A stretch of 64,000 nucleotides of DNA from Bryobacterales bacterium (GTDB lineage: Bacteria > Acidobacteriota > Terriglobia > Bryobacterales > UBA6623): positions 4,186,431 through 4,250,430 of the forward strand of contig OZ243965.1 of NCBI GenBank assembly GCA_965214655.1. The letters run 5' to 3'. Each line of letters opens with the position of its first letter. The stretch's first letter is position 1. Positions 50,677-60,903 of this stretch are shown piece by piece. The notes beneath the pieces were generated by a model that did not search any database, was not told the origin of the DNA, and saw nothing but the letters and a program-made list of their open reading frames with translations. The position numbers were made by a program, and so were the translations under genes.

Positions 50677-50722
50677 TACGATATCTAGGATTTGATCTTG
50701 ATTGACACCCAAGATCATGTAC
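50676..50722 (+). promoter_or_regulatory. Tandem NrdR-box-like operators overlapping the putative nrdJ promoter
   Basis: CTACGATATCTAGGAT (50676) and ACCCAAGATCATGTAC (50707), 31 bp apart, resemble acaCwAtATaTwGtg; TTGATT/TTGACA and TACACT hexamers overlap. Confidence 0.65.
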
Positions 50723-50843
50723 ACTATGGGAACCGCTTGAGCGGAAAGCCGCTCGCCGGCGCGTTTCTCCATACCTTCGGCTTGCGCCGTGGAGGTCGGA
50801 GGCGCGCAGGTATGCAGACCGCCGGATCAAGGGAGTATAGATA

Positions 50844-53657
50844 ATGGACGATACCCGCATGGGCTTGGCCGCCCGTTCCGTGGAGACTGCGCCGGAGACG
50901 ACTCGAGAGACCGCGGTGCCCAAGGGGCTGACGTTCCCTCGATACTTCACCAAAGACTTGGCGGCCGCCCAGACGCCGTATTCGGCCTTGAAATGGGAGC
51001 GGCGGACCGCTTCGATTACCGACGCGGAGGGCAACTCGGTATTCGAGCAGCGCGACGTCGAGATGCCCGTCGATTGGTCGCAGACAGCCACCAATATCGT
51101 TGCCAGCAAGTACTTTCACGGCGTCCTCGGCCAGGACGATCGGGAAAGCAGCCTGGGCGACTTGGTGCGCCGCGTGGTCGACACGATCGCCGACTGGGGC
51201 GCCGCGGGGGAATATTTCGCCTCGCCGCAAGACGTAGAGAACTTCCGCGACGATCTTGCTCATCTCATGCTCCATCAGAAAGCGAGCTTCAATTCGCCCG
51301 TATGGTTCAACGTCGGCGTGAAAAAGGAATCCCGCGGCTACGGTTGGGCTTGGGACAAGGCGGCCGGGCGCGTGACGACGCTCAATCCCGACGAGCACCG
51401 CCCGCAGTGCTCCGCCTGTTTCATCAATTCGGTCGAGGATTCTCTGGAGTCGATCCTCAACTTGGCCAAGACCGAGGGCATGCTCTTCAAATGGGGATCG
51501 GGCACGGGCTCGAACTTGTCGGCGATCCGCGAAGACGACGCCGGCCTGGCCGGCGGCGGGCGCGCTTCGGGGCCGGTCTCGTTCATGAAAGGCTTCGATG
51601 CCTTCGCCGGCGTCATCAAATCGGGCGGCAAGACCCGCCGCGCCGCCAAGATGGTCATCCTCAACGCCGACCATCCCGATATCCGCGACTTTATCTGGTG
51701 CAAGGCCAAAGAGGAAGAGAAAGCCCATGTTTTGATCGGCCACGGCTATGACGCCGCGATCGACGGCAATGCCTATTCGACGATTTCTTTCCAGAACGCC
51801 AACAACTCGGTGCGGGCAACGGATGCGTTCATGGAAGCGGCGGCCGGCGATGCCGATTGGTGGACGCGCTCGGTATTGACCGGCCAGCCCAAGGACCGCC
51901 ACAAGGCCAGGCAGTTGCTGCGTGAAGTCGCCGAAGCCGCCCATCAGTGCGGCGACCCGGGGATGCAGTTCGACACCACGATCAATCGTTGGAATCCGAT
52001 CAAGAACACGGCGCGGATCAACGCCTCGAATCCGTGCTCGGAATACATGTTCCTCGACGACTCGGCCTGCAATCTGGCGTCGATCAACGTGAAGAAGTTC
52101 CAGGAACGCGACGGCTCGTTCGAGGTCGAAGCTTTCCACCGCGCGGTGCGCACGCTGATCGTCGCCCAGGAAATTCTGGTTGACAACGCAGCCTATCCAA
52201 CCGAGAAGATCGTGGAGAACTCCCACAATTACCGGCCCTTGGGGTTGGGCTACGCGAATCTCGGCGCGCTGTTGATGTCGATGGGCGTCCCCTACGACTC
52301 CGACCGGGGCCGCGCGATCGCCGGAGCGATCACGGCGACGATGTGCGGCCAGGCTTATCTGACCAGCGCCCGCATTGCGCAGACGACCGGGCCGTTTCCC
52401 GGATACGGCAAGAATCGGGAGCCGTTCCTCGATGTGATTCGCATGCACCGCGAGGCGGCAGGGGCGCTTGCCCGCGGCGGCGTCCAGCAAGATCTGCGCA
52501 ACAGCGCCGAAGCCGTCTGGCATGAGGCCTATGAAGTCGGCAGCCGGTATGGGTACCGCAACGGCCAAGTCACGGTCATTGCGCCGACCGGCACGATCGG
52601 GTTCATGATGGACTGCGACACGACCGGCGTCGAACCCGAGCTCGCGCTCGTCAAGTACAAGAAGCTCGTCGGCGGCGGCGTCATCAAGATCGTCAACAAC
52701 ACCGTTTCCGACGCTTTGAGCAAGCTCGGCTATAAAGACAATCGGATCAACGAGATCGTCAACCACATCGATGCGACCGGCACCGTCGAAGGGGCGCCTC
52801 ATCTCAAGGACGAGGATCTGCCGGTCTTCGATTGCAGCTTCAAGGCGCAGAACGGCGAACGCTCGATTCACTACAAAGGGCACCTGCGCATGATGGGGGC
52901 GGTGCAGCCTTTTATCTCCGGCGCGATCTCGAAGACCATCAACATGCCTCGGGAATCCACCGTGGAAGACATCGTGGACGCCTATACGCAGGCGTGGCGT
53001 CTCGGGCTGAAGGCCGTTGCGATTTACCGCGACGGCTCCAAGATGGCGCAGCCGCTCAATACCGGCGGGGACAGCGGAAAGCAGTCTTCCGGCGAGACGG
53101 TCGAGAAAATCGTCTATCGGCCGCAGCGCCGCAGGCTCCCCGAAGAACGTCAATCGCTGACCCACAAGTTTTCCGTCGGCGGGCACAAAGGCTACATTAC
53201 CGTCGGTCTGTACGACGACGGCGCGCCGGGCGAGATGTTCATCCGCATGGCGAAAGAGGGCTCCACCATCAGCGGCCTGATGGATAACTTCGCCACCGCC
53301 GTCTCCATCGCCTTGCAGTACGGCGTTCCCTTGAAGATGCTGGTCGAGAAGTTTCAGCACGTTCGTTTCGAGCCGAGCGGCTGGACCGGCAACAAGGAGA
53401 TCGCCTATGCAAAATCGATTACGGACTATGTGTTCCGTTGGCTGGGCGCAAAGTACATCTCCAGCGAATATCAAGTGAGCGAGGCCGGCGAAACGCCCGA
53501 TCTGCGTCCCACGGAAGCCGAGCCGCAGCAAGAGTTGCCTTTCCAGCCGGCGACCCTCGCGGACGCTCCGCTGTGCGCCGAATGCGGTTCGATCATGACG
53601 GTGAACGGCAGTTGCTATAAATGCGAGAACTGCGGCTCGACCTCCGGGTGCAGTTGA
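50844..53657 (+). CDS. nrdJ: Vitamin B12-dependent (class II) ribonucleotide reductase
   Basis: FNSPVWFN, QCSACFI, NPCSEY, IAPTGTI, ISKTIN, YRDGSK, C-terminal TSCPD-like and zinc-ribbon regions. Confidence 0.96.
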   Translation: MDDTRMGLAARSVETAPETTRETAVPKGLTFPRYFTKDLAAAQTPYSALKWERRTASITDAEGNSVFEQRDVEMPVDWSQTATNIVASKYFHGVLGQDDRESSLGDLVRRVVDTIADWGAAGEYFASPQDVENFRDDLAHLMLHQKASFNSPVWFNVGVKKESRGYGWAWDKAAGRVTTLNPDEHRPQCSACFINSVEDSLESILNLAKTEGMLFKWGSGTGSNLSAIREDDAGLAGGGRASGPVSFMKGFDAFAGVIKSGGKTRRAAKMVILNADHPDIRDFIWCKAKEEEKAHVLIGHGYDAAIDGNAYSTISFQNANNSVRATDAFMEAAAGDADWWTRSVLTGQPKDRHKARQLLREVAEAAHQCGDPGMQFDTTINRWNPIKNTARINASNPCSEYMFLDDSACNLASINVKKFQERDGSFEVEAFHRAVRTLIVAQEILVDNAAYPTEKIVENSHNYRPLGLGYANLGALLMSMGVPYDSDRGRAIAGAITATMCGQAYLTSARIAQTTGPFPGYGKNREPFLDVIRMHREAAGALARGGVQQDLRNSAEAVWHEAYEVGSRYGYRNGQVTVIAPTGTIGFMMDCDTTGVEPELALVKYKKLVGGGVIKIVNNTVSDALSKLGYKDNRINEIVNHIDATGTVEGAPHLKDEDLPVFDCSFKAQNGERSIHYKGHLRMMGAVQPFISGAISKTINMPRESTVEDIVDAYTQAWRLGLKAVAIYRDGSKMAQPLNTGGDSGKQSSGETVEKIVYRPQRRRLPEERQSLTHKFSVGGHKGYITVGLYDDGAPGEMFIRMAKEGSTISGLMDNFATAVSIALQYGVPLKMLVEKFQHVRFEPSGWTGNKEIAYAKSITDYVFRWLGAKYISSEYQVSEAGETPDLRPTEAEPQQELPFQPATLADAPLCAECGSIMTVNGSCYKCENCGSTSGCS

Positions 53658-53806
53658 GATTTTTCCGCGCGATTGAAAATTTCGTATCGTTTCTGCCGGC
53701 AAGCCCGTTCTTTACCGGGAAGCGCCGCGGCGGCGCATGCTATCCGAGCAGCGATCCAGCGACCGTCTGCGCCGCTCCGCGAGTTGAGCCGCACTCGACG
53801 CTTACC

Positions 53807-53835
53807 TTGATTTTGATGGCATATTTTGCTAGCAT
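53807..53835 (+). promoter_or_regulatory. Putative promoter and autoregulatory operator of the TA operon
   Basis: TTGATT-N17-TAGCAT containing TGATGGCA (53814) and TGCTAGCA (53827), similar to the FitA site TGCTATCA. Confidence 0.55.
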
Positions 53836-53883
53836 TAATCGCGTTCGCAAGTCTATACCCCATCCGGCAAAGGAGGCGCCGCA

Positions 53884-54141
53884 ATGAGTTCCACCATCAC
53901 CGTCCGCGATATCGATCCGGGAGATAAGTCCTGGCTCAAGCACGAAGCGCGTCACATCGGCGTTTCGATGGAAGAGTTCGTGCGTGGCCTCATTCGCGAA
54001 AAGCGCGAGAAGAGCGAACGCCGCGCAAAACCTTCCGAGGCTTTCAAGCGATATTTCGGGCCCGATCACGGGGTCGACCTTCCGCCGGTGAAGCGTTACG
54101 CTTACACGCCGGTCGAGTTTGCCGACGAGAGCAAACCGTGA
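53884..54141 (+). CDS. FitA-like ribbon-helix-helix antitoxin
   Basis: STITVRDID...SMEEFVRGLI; 4-nt overlap with the toxin gene. Confidence 0.85.
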   Translation: MSSTITVRDIDPGDKSWLKHEARHIGVSMEEFVRGLIREKREKSERRAKPSEAFKRYFGPDHGVDLPPVKRYAYTPVEFADESKP

Positions 54142-54587
54142 CCGCGCCCGTCGCTTGGCTCCTCGACACGAACACTGTCTCGGAGATGATGCGGCCGAAG
54201 CCGGAACCGCGGGTCGCCAAGTTCCTTGATAGGATCGCCGAAGAGGGGATCGGTCTGGCATCCATCACCGTCTGGGAAATCCTCAATGGCATCGGACGTC
54301 TCGATCCCGGACGGCGCCGGGACGACCTTGCCGGGCGGTTTGAGGGCCTTCTCGACGAGCTTTTCGAGGGACGAATATTCGATTGGACACCGGCCGATGC
54401 CCGGGCGTGCGCCCACATTATGGAAGAAAAACGGCGCCGGGGCGAACCACTCGACGATCATCTGGCGGACGCCTTTCTCGCGGCGGCAGCAGCCTGCCGC
54501 GGGCTTGCCGTCGTCACGCGAAACACAGGCGAGTTCCGAAACACCGGCGTTGAGGTCGCCGACCCGTGGGCCGGCGCAAGTCGATAA
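54138..54587 (+). CDS. VapC/FitB PIN-domain toxin
   Basis: WLLDTNTVSE, SITVWEI, DAFLAA, VVTRNTGEF, DPW. Confidence 0.92.
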   Translation: MTAPVAWLLDTNTVSEMMRPKPEPRVAKFLDRIAEEGIGLASITVWEILNGIGRLDPGRRRDDLAGRFEGLLDELFEGRIFDWTPADARACAHIMEEKRRRGEPLDDHLADAFLAAAAACRGLAVVTRNTGEFRNTGVEVADPWAGASR

Positions 54588-54936
54588 AGATAAGGCTTGA
54601 CCGCATATGGCGCACTGCCGGTTCCGAAGCAAAAAAGGGATCTCTCTTGGAGAGGCTGAGGAAGACGTGCTTTGTTCCGCCGGGCCCGTCTCGGGTAGAA
54701 GCAGTTGTTCCTTTTACGATTTCAGTCGGCCTGACCGGTCAGTCGATTTAGGGCAATCGGGCGGTTGGTTTGGGATAGCCGGGCCGGGCGTCTTTCGAGG
54801 AATTCGCCGGCGTCCGGCATGTTAAGCTTGAAAGTTGACCGCGTCGGGCCGCCGCTGTCCGCGCGCCCCCTTGTTCCCGGAAAATTCTTGCCGCATGCCG
54901 CTCGATGCGGACGGCAGCGGCGTTGGAGAGGCGTCC

Positions 54937-56223
54937 ATGTCTGCAATCGATCGTCTGCAAGCTTTGGAAATCCTGGATTCGCGCGGCAACCCGACCGTTC
55001 AAGTCGATGCGCTGCTGGCGTCCGGCGCGCGCGGCGCGGCGCGGGTTCCGTCCGGAGCGTCGACCGGCGTCAACGAAGCCGTCGAGTTGCGCGACGGCGA
55101 CCGCAGCCGCTATCTGGGCAAGGGCGTTTCCCGGGCCGTTGCCAACGTGAACGGGGAAATTCTCGACGCGCTCAAGGGCTTTGACGCCGACGATCAGCGC
55201 GGGCTCGACGAAAATCTCATCGCGCTCGACGGCACGCCGAACAAGGGGCGCCTCGGTGCGAACGCGCTGCTGGGCGTATCCATCGCAGTGGCGCGCGCCC
55301 GCGCGGCGGAATTGGGAATCCCGCTGTATCGCCGCTTGGCCGACCGCGAGAGCTGCATCCTGCCGGTGCCGATGTGCAACATCATGAACGGCGGGCAGCA
55401 TGCCGACAACAACGTCGACATTCAGGAATTCATGATCCTGCCGATCGGCTTGCCGACGTTTTCCGCAGGGCTGCGCGCGGCCGCGGAAATTTTCCACACG
55501 CTCAAGGGCATCTTGAAGTCGAAAGGCTACGGCACGGCGGTCGGAGACGAAGGCGGCTTTGCGCCCGAGATCAAGTCGAACGAGGAGCCGATGGAACTGC
55601 TCGTCGCGGCCATCGAGAAGGCCGGATACATACCCGGCAGCGAGGTGTACATCGGCTTGGACGCCGCCGCGAGCGAGTTTTTCCAAGATGGGCGCTATGT
55701 TTTCGACCAGTCCGACAACAGCAGCCGCAGCGCCGAAGAGATCGCCGCAATGTGGCTCGACTGGGCCGGCAAGTACCCGCTGATTTCGCTCGAAGACGGC
55801 TTTTCGGAGATCGATCATGACGGCTGGAAGTCGGGCACGCCGCAACTCGGGGACAGGTTACAGCTTGTCGGCGACGATCTGTTCGTCACCAATCCGAAGA
55901 TATTCCGCGCCGGCATCGACAACGGGCTGGCCAACTCCATCCTGATCAAGCTCAACCAGATCGGCACGGTGACCGAAACTCTGGACTGCATTGAGATGGC
56001 CCGCGGCAGCGGATACACGTTCATCATTTCGCACCGCTCCGGCGAAACCGCCGACACGACGATCGCGGACCTGGCGGTGGCTTGCGGCGGCGGTCAGATC
56101 AAGACCGGCTCGACGTGCCGCAGCGACCGCGTCGCGAAATACAACCGGCTGCTGGAGATCGAGGCCGAGCTGGGCGGCGACGCCCGCTACGCCGGAATCG
56201 AGGCGTTCCGCCGCTGGCTTTAA
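54937..56223 (+). CDS. eno: Enolase
   Basis: [49 protein letters not shown]. Confidence 0.97.
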   Translation: MSAIDRLQALEILDSRGNPTVQVDALLASGARGAARVPSGASTGVNEAVELRDGDRSRYLGKGVSRAVANVNGEILDALKGFDADDQRGLDENLIALDGTPNKGRLGANALLGVSIAVARARAAELGIPLYRRLADRESCILPVPMCNIMNGGQHADNNVDIQEFMILPIGLPTFSAGLRAAAEIFHTLKGILKSKGYGTAVGDEGGFAPEIKSNEEPMELLVAAIEKAGYIPGSEVYIGLDAAASEFFQDGRYVFDQSDNSSRSAEEIAAMWLDWAGKYPLISLEDGFSEIDHDGWKSGTPQLGDRLQLVGDDLFVTNPKIFRAGIDNGLANSILIKLNQIGTVTETLDCIEMARGSGYTFIISHRSGETADTTIADLAVACGGGQIKTGSTCRSDRVAKYNRLLEIEAELGGDARYAGIEAFRRWL

Positions 56224-56323
56224 CCGGGCCCCGGCGAAATCCATTTTGCCGAGGCCTCGGCGCGGCAGCGCCGATAAAATACCCGGCCCCGGCTGCTATG
56301 GGAAAATAAAAAGATTCGTTTCT

Positions 56324-58309
56324 ATGGAGAATCCTGTGAATCCGCTCCCCCCGGAGTTGCCGCATCGACCCGCGGTTGAGGATGTTCCGCGGCCGGCCGA
56401 ACAACTCGAACCGGAACCCGAACCTGCCGCGGAGCCGGCGGACGAGCCTCCCGTCCCGGAAGGCGCAGACAGCGCGGACAGCGCAGAGAGGGCGATGGCG
56501 GATTCTCCGGCAGCCGTTGCCGAACCGCAGCCCGCCGCTGCTCGAAGCCCCGAACCATCCGCAGCGGACGCCGGCCCCGCCTTGCCGGGGGTCGCAATAC
56601 CGGGCGCCGCTCTCCCCGGCGGAGACGATGACGACGATGACGACTTCGAGATTCCCGACGAAGTGGAATACGGCGATATCGTCCGCGGGGGCGCGGGTTC
56701 TCCCGCTTCTTCCGCGCGGGAGGAATCGTCCGCGCCCGGCGTGCTTACGGGCGTCGTCGCGGGACGGCGCGCCGATGGCGTTTTCGTCGATATCGGCCGC
56801 AAGTCCGAGGCGTTCCTGCCGATTGAGCAAGGCCGGGAAGACACCGAGCCGCTGAAGATCGGCGACAGGATAGAGGTCACGATCAGCGGAACTTCTTCTG
56901 AAGGCTACCTCTTGGTGCAAAGCCTCAAGGCGCAACGGCCCAAAGGATGGACGCAACTCGAGGCGGCGTTTGCCTCGGGCGGAAACGTCGTCGGCAAAGT
57001 CATCGAAGCGGTACGGGGCGGCCTCGCCGTCGATGTCGGCGTGCGCGCGTTCCTGCCGGGGTCGAGATCCGGAGAACGAACCGATGAAGGTCTTCAGATT
57101 CTGATCGGCAAGGAGATCCGCGCCCGCATCGTGCAGCTCGACGAAGACGACCGCAACGTCGTCCTCGACCGCAGGGTCGTTCTGGAAGAGGACCGCGCGA
57201 AGCAGCGGCTCGAAACTCTGGCCGGATTGAAACCCGGCGATACCGTTCCGGGGGTCGTGCGCAACATGCGGAAATTCGGGGCGTTTGTGGATCTGGGCGG
57301 CGTCGACAGCCTGCTGCACGTCAGCGACATGGCTTGGCGCCGCATCAATGACCCGGCCGATATTTTGCGCGAGGGTCAACAGATAGAGGTCAAGGTTCTC
57401 TCGGTCGAGGAGGACGGCAAGCGCATCTCGGTCGGACTCAAGCAGTTGCAGCCCGACCCCTGGACTCTGATCGCTGAAAAGATCCGTCCCGGCGACCGCA
57501 TCCGCGGCCCCGTGACCCGTTTGAAGGATTTCGGCGCGTTTGTCGAGGTGGAGCCGGGGGTTGACGGCCTCGTTCATGTTTCGGAGATGGCCTGGAATCG
57601 GCGCATTCGCCACCCGAGCGAAGTAGTCCAGGTCGGCGACGTAGTCGAAGTCGCCGTCCTCGATGTGAAAATCGCCGAGAAACGGATCGCGCTCGGTCTG
57701 AAGCAGGCTCTGGGAGACCCTTGGGATCGTCTCGAGAAAGAATATCCGGTCGGCGCGGCAACCAGCGGAAGAGTAAGGAAGATCGCCGCGTTCGGCGCCT
57801 TTGTCGAGATCTTCGAGGGTATGGACGGGCTGCTGCACATTTCCGACATCACTTCGGAAAAGCGTCTGAACCATCCCGGCGAGGTTCTGCGGCAAGATCA
57901 GGAAGTCCGCGTCAAGGTGCTCGAAATCGACCGCGAGAAGCGGCGTCTGAAGCTGGGCATGAAGCAGTTGGAGCCGACCGAGAAGGAGAGCTTCATGAGC
58001 GAAAAGCGGGTCGGCGAGACGATTACCGGGCGCGTTGTCGCAATCCGCAAAAACGAAGCGGTCGTTCAGATCGACGAGGGCGTTACCGGGATTTGCCCCC
58101 TGAAGGCGGAAGCAGGATCGAAGCAGGGGCGCGGGGGAAGCGCAGCCGCCGATCTTTCGTCGATGACGTCGATGCTCGAAGCCGCTTGGAAGGGCGCCGG
58201 CGGCGCGCGGAAGCCTGCCGCGGAGCCCCTGACGGCCGGCTCGGTGCATCGTTTCGCAATCAAGAAACTGAGCCCCGCCCAAGGACTGATCGAGCTTGCC
58301 CGCGTGTAA
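56324..58309 (+). CDS. 30S ribosomal protein S1-like multi-S1-domain protein with long acidic/Pro-rich N-terminus
   Basis: Repeated S1 domains (FGAFVDLGGVDSLLHVSD, FGAFVEVEPGVDGLVHVSE, FGAFVEIFEGMDGLLHISD). Confidence 0.85.
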   Translation: MENPVNPLPPELPHRPAVEDVPRPAEQLEPEPEPAAEPADEPPVPEGADSADSAERAMADSPAAVAEPQPAAARSPEPSAADAGPALPGVAIPGAALPGGDDDDDDDFEIPDEVEYGDIVRGGAGSPASSAREESSAPGVLTGVVAGRRADGVFVDIGRKSEAFLPIEQGREDTEPLKIGDRIEVTISGTSSEGYLLVQSLKAQRPKGWTQLEAAFASGGNVVGKVIEAVRGGLAVDVGVRAFLPGSRSGERTDEGLQILIGKEIRARIVQLDEDDRNVVLDRRVVLEEDRAKQRLETLAGLKPGDTVPGVVRNMRKFGAFVDLGGVDSLLHVSDMAWRRINDPADILREGQQIEVKVLSVEEDGKRISVGLKQLQPDPWTLIAEKIRPGDRIRGPVTRLKDFGAFVEVEPGVDGLVHVSEMAWNRRIRHPSEVVQVGDVVEVAVLDVKIAEKRIALGLKQALGDPWDRLEKEYPVGAATSGRVRKIAAFGAFVEIFEGMDGLLHISDITSEKRLNHPGEVLRQDQEVRVKVLEIDREKRRLKLGMKQLEPTEKESFMSEKRVGETITGRVVAIRKNEAVVQIDEGVTGICPLKAEAGSKQGRGGSAAADLSSMTSMLEAAWKGAGGARKPAAEPLTAGSVHRFAIKKLSPAQGLIELARV

Positions 58310-58353
58310 GCGCGGCGTCGGCGCAGGCAAGCCGGCGGACGCCGTTTTGCGGT

Positions 58354-59262
58354 CTACAACGCGAGCGTTCCGTTGTAAACCATATCCTTCAGCTTGAACT
58401 TGCGCTTGATCTCTTTGCCGAACAGGGCGAAGGCTGCGCCGCCGCCCCCGCCGCGGCCTCCTCCGGCTCCGGCGCCTCCGCGCCCTCCTTGAGCTCCAGG
58501 ACCGCCCCCGGCGCCGCCTGCTCGGCCGCCCGCGCCCGGACCGCCTTCACGGCCCGCTCTGCCGCCGCCGCGTTGGCCCATGCCCCCGGGCCGCTGGAGC
58601 TTCATGAAGAACTCGACTTCCTTGTCGGCGAGACTGATTTCTTCCGTGCGCGGGAAGAAGTAATAGAAACGAGTCACCCGCTCCGCGGCCTGCACTTCGA
58701 CCTTCTCGGCGGCCAAGTCGGCCTTTCCCTTGCGGCGCAGCACCGCAGTTCCGACCAAAGCGTCCGGATTTTGGCTCATGCGCGACAATTGCTGCGGCAG
58801 GCCGTCAACCGCCACCACGTAGTGCGTCTCTTCGCGGTCGAGGAATTGGTTCATCTCCGGCGTCAACTCCGTGCTCTCGCCCATATTGCCCTTGACCAGG
58901 CTCTGCTTGATCGGCAGCGCCGAGCGGAAACGAATCGTCAGGTTCACCGTCGGCGCGATGGGGATATTGGCATTGCCGCCGCCCCCGCCGCCGCGTCTGC
59001 CGCCGCCCCCGCCGCCGCCGGGAAAGCCTCCGCCGCCCCCGCCGCCGGGAGCGCCGCCGCCGCGTCTGCCGCCCCCGCCGCCGCCGGCCATGGGCGAGCC
59101 GTAGCTTATGGTGACGCGCTTCGCCCAAGGCGAGTTCGTCAGCATTTTTTGCACTTCCTTACCGCTCCAATGGGTGAATTCCGTCTTTTCCCAGAAGCCG
59201 GCGCCCCAAGCGGCCGCGCATACGACGCAAGCCGCAAGGAAAATTCTGCATGTCGTTTTCAT
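58354..59262 (-). CDS. Secreted Gly-rich hypothetical protein
   Basis: Signal peptide, FWEKTEFTHWS...LTNSPWAK, two poly-Gly inserts, KFKLKDMVYNGTLAL. Confidence 0.75.
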   Translation of the reverse strand: MKTTCRIFLAACVVCAAAWGAGFWEKTEFTHWSGKEVQKMLTNSPWAKRVTISYGSPMAGGGGGGRRGGGAPGGGGGGGFPGGGGGGGRRGGGGGGNANIPIAPTVNLTIRFRSALPIKQSLVKGNMGESTELTPEMNQFLDREETHYVVAVDGLPQQLSRMSQNPDALVGTAVLRRKGKADLAAEKVEVQAAERVTRFYYFFPRTEEISLADKEVEFFMKLQRPGGMGQRGGGRAGREGGPGAGGRAGGAGGGPGAQGGRGGAGAGGGRGGGGGAAFALFGKEIKRKFKLKDMVYNGTLAL

Positions 59263-59448
59263 GATTCGGATACCTCGAAAGCCCGTCTTCGATCCTGCTT
59301 CCGCGAACGCATGCGCCGGAAGCGCCATCAGCCTACCACAAGAACTGCGGGCAGACTTTTTCCTCATGGCTTAAGGCGCTCCGCGGAGGCGTTCGGTTAC
59401 CTCCTGCAACCCGCGAAGCGGCGTGATACCTTAGAAAATTCTCCGGCC

Positions 59449-60870
59449 ATGAAGATCGAGCCCCGTCTCTCTCGCGGACTCCGGGATCTGTTGCCGCAAG
59501 CGATGATGGCGCGCCGGCGGCTGATCGACAAGGTCCGCGCCGTCTATGAGAATTATGGATTCTCGCCGCTGGAAACCCCGGCGGTGGAGTATCTCGATAT
59601 CCTTTCCGGCTCCGCCGGCGAAGAGGCGCAGCAGTCCATTTTCCGCGTCGCCAACCCGGAGGAGGAGGCCTTGGGGCTGCGCTTCGACCTGACCGTGCCG
59701 CTGTCGCGCGTCGTCAGCCAACATCCGCAAATCGAATTGCCGTTTCGGCGCTACCAGATCGCTCAAGTCTGGCGCGCGGACAAGCCGCAGCCCGGCCGCT
59801 TCCGGCAGTTCACGCAGTTCGATATCGACTCCGTGGGCGCCCCGTCGGAGATCGCGGACACCGAGATCCTTGCCGCGATCTGCGATGCGCTCGACGCGGT
59901 CGAGGCCGGCCCCTACAAGGTGAAGTTCTCCAGCCGGCAGATTCTCAACCTGCTGCTGCAATACGCCGGCATCGGCGAAGACCTCGCGACGGACGTTTTC
60001 CGCGTCCTCGACAAGCTCGACAAGCTGGGTCTCGAGAAGGTCAAGAAAGAACTTGCGGAAGGCTACGAGGACGAGTCCGGCGCGCCGGTCCGCGGACTCG
60101 GCCTGGAAGCCGCTCAAGTCTCGAAAATCGAGGACTTTCTTTCGATTGGCGGAGACACCCGCGCCGACGTGCTCAAGACGTTGGGCGGCGAGTTCCGTGA
60201 CGTTGAGGGCAGCGGCGAACGCCTCGCGGCGGTCGAGAGCATCTCGTCGGGCCTCGACGCGCTCGGCTACGGCAGCGACCGGGTGATGCTCGACCTGGGC
60301 ATCGCGCGCGGCTTGGCCTACTACACCGGCCCCGTTTTCGAGGCCGTGCTTCTGGAAGCTCCGCAGTTCGGTTCGGTTTTCGGCGGTGGGCGCTACGACA
60401 ATCTGGTGGCTCGTTTCGGCGGTCCGCCGGTTCCCGCGACGGGGGCGTCGCTGGGCGTCGACCGCCTGCTCGCCGCGCTGGAGCATCTGGGCAAAGTCCC
60501 GCGCCGCAAGACAGCGGCGCAGGTTTTTGTCAGCACGATGGACCGCACGCTCATGGCCGAGTGCCTGCAAATCGCCTTCGAGCTGCGCCGCGCCGGCATT
60601 CGTACGGAAATCAACGTCGGGCGGCCCAAGAAACTCGGCAAGCAACTGCAGCGCGCCGACCGGCTGGAAATACCGTACGTGCTCATCATGGGCGCCGACG
60701 AGGCGGCGCGCGGGGTGGTCACCATCAAGGAAATGGCGGTGGGCCGCGAGCGGTCGAGCGGCATCGCCGGTCACGAGCAATGGAAGGCCGCCCGCTTCGG
60801 CCAGCAGGAGACGCCGCGCGCCGCGCTCGTCGAAACCATGAAGCGCCTGCTGGGCCGGCCGGCCGCTTGA
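59449..60870 (+). CDS. hisS: Histidine--tRNA ligase
   Basis: RGLRDLLP, LRFDLTVPLSR, WRADKPQPGRFRQFTQFD, ARGLAYYTG, GGGRYD. Confidence 0.96.
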   Translation: MKIEPRLSRGLRDLLPQAMMARRRLIDKVRAVYENYGFSPLETPAVEYLDILSGSAGEEAQQSIFRVANPEEEALGLRFDLTVPLSRVVSQHPQIELPFRRYQIAQVWRADKPQPGRFRQFTQFDIDSVGAPSEIADTEILAAICDALDAVEAGPYKVKFSSRQILNLLLQYAGIGEDLATDVFRVLDKLDKLGLEKVKKELAEGYEDESGAPVRGLGLEAAQVSKIEDFLSIGGDTRADVLKTLGGEFRDVEGSGERLAAVESISSGLDALGYGSDRVMLDLGIARGLAYYTGPVFEAVLLEAPQFGSVFGGGRYDNLVARFGGPPVPATGASLGVDRLLAALEHLGKVPRRKTAAQVFVSTMDRTLMAECLQIAFELRRAGIRTEINVGRPKKLGKQLQRADRLEIPYVLIMGADEAARGVVTIKEMAVGRERSSGIAGHEQWKAARFGQQETPRAALVETMKRLLGRPAA

Positions 60871-60903
60871 CTGCGCCGCCGCCGGACGGCGACGATACGA
60901 GCG

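Noticed and set aside
50730..50843. Cobalamin riboswitch upstream of nrdJ
   Set aside because: Short leader without a recognisable B12-box
50844..53657. Intein or intron in nrdJ
   Set aside because: Continuous ORF of ordinary length with no splicing or homing-endonuclease motifs
54590..54930. Possible ncRNA between vapC and eno
   Set aside because: No recognisable RNA family motif or convincing structure by eye
57721..59448. N-terminal extension of hisS in the 1049-aa ORF call
   Set aside because: It overlaps the S1 gene and an opposite-strand gene; HisS similarity begins at 59449
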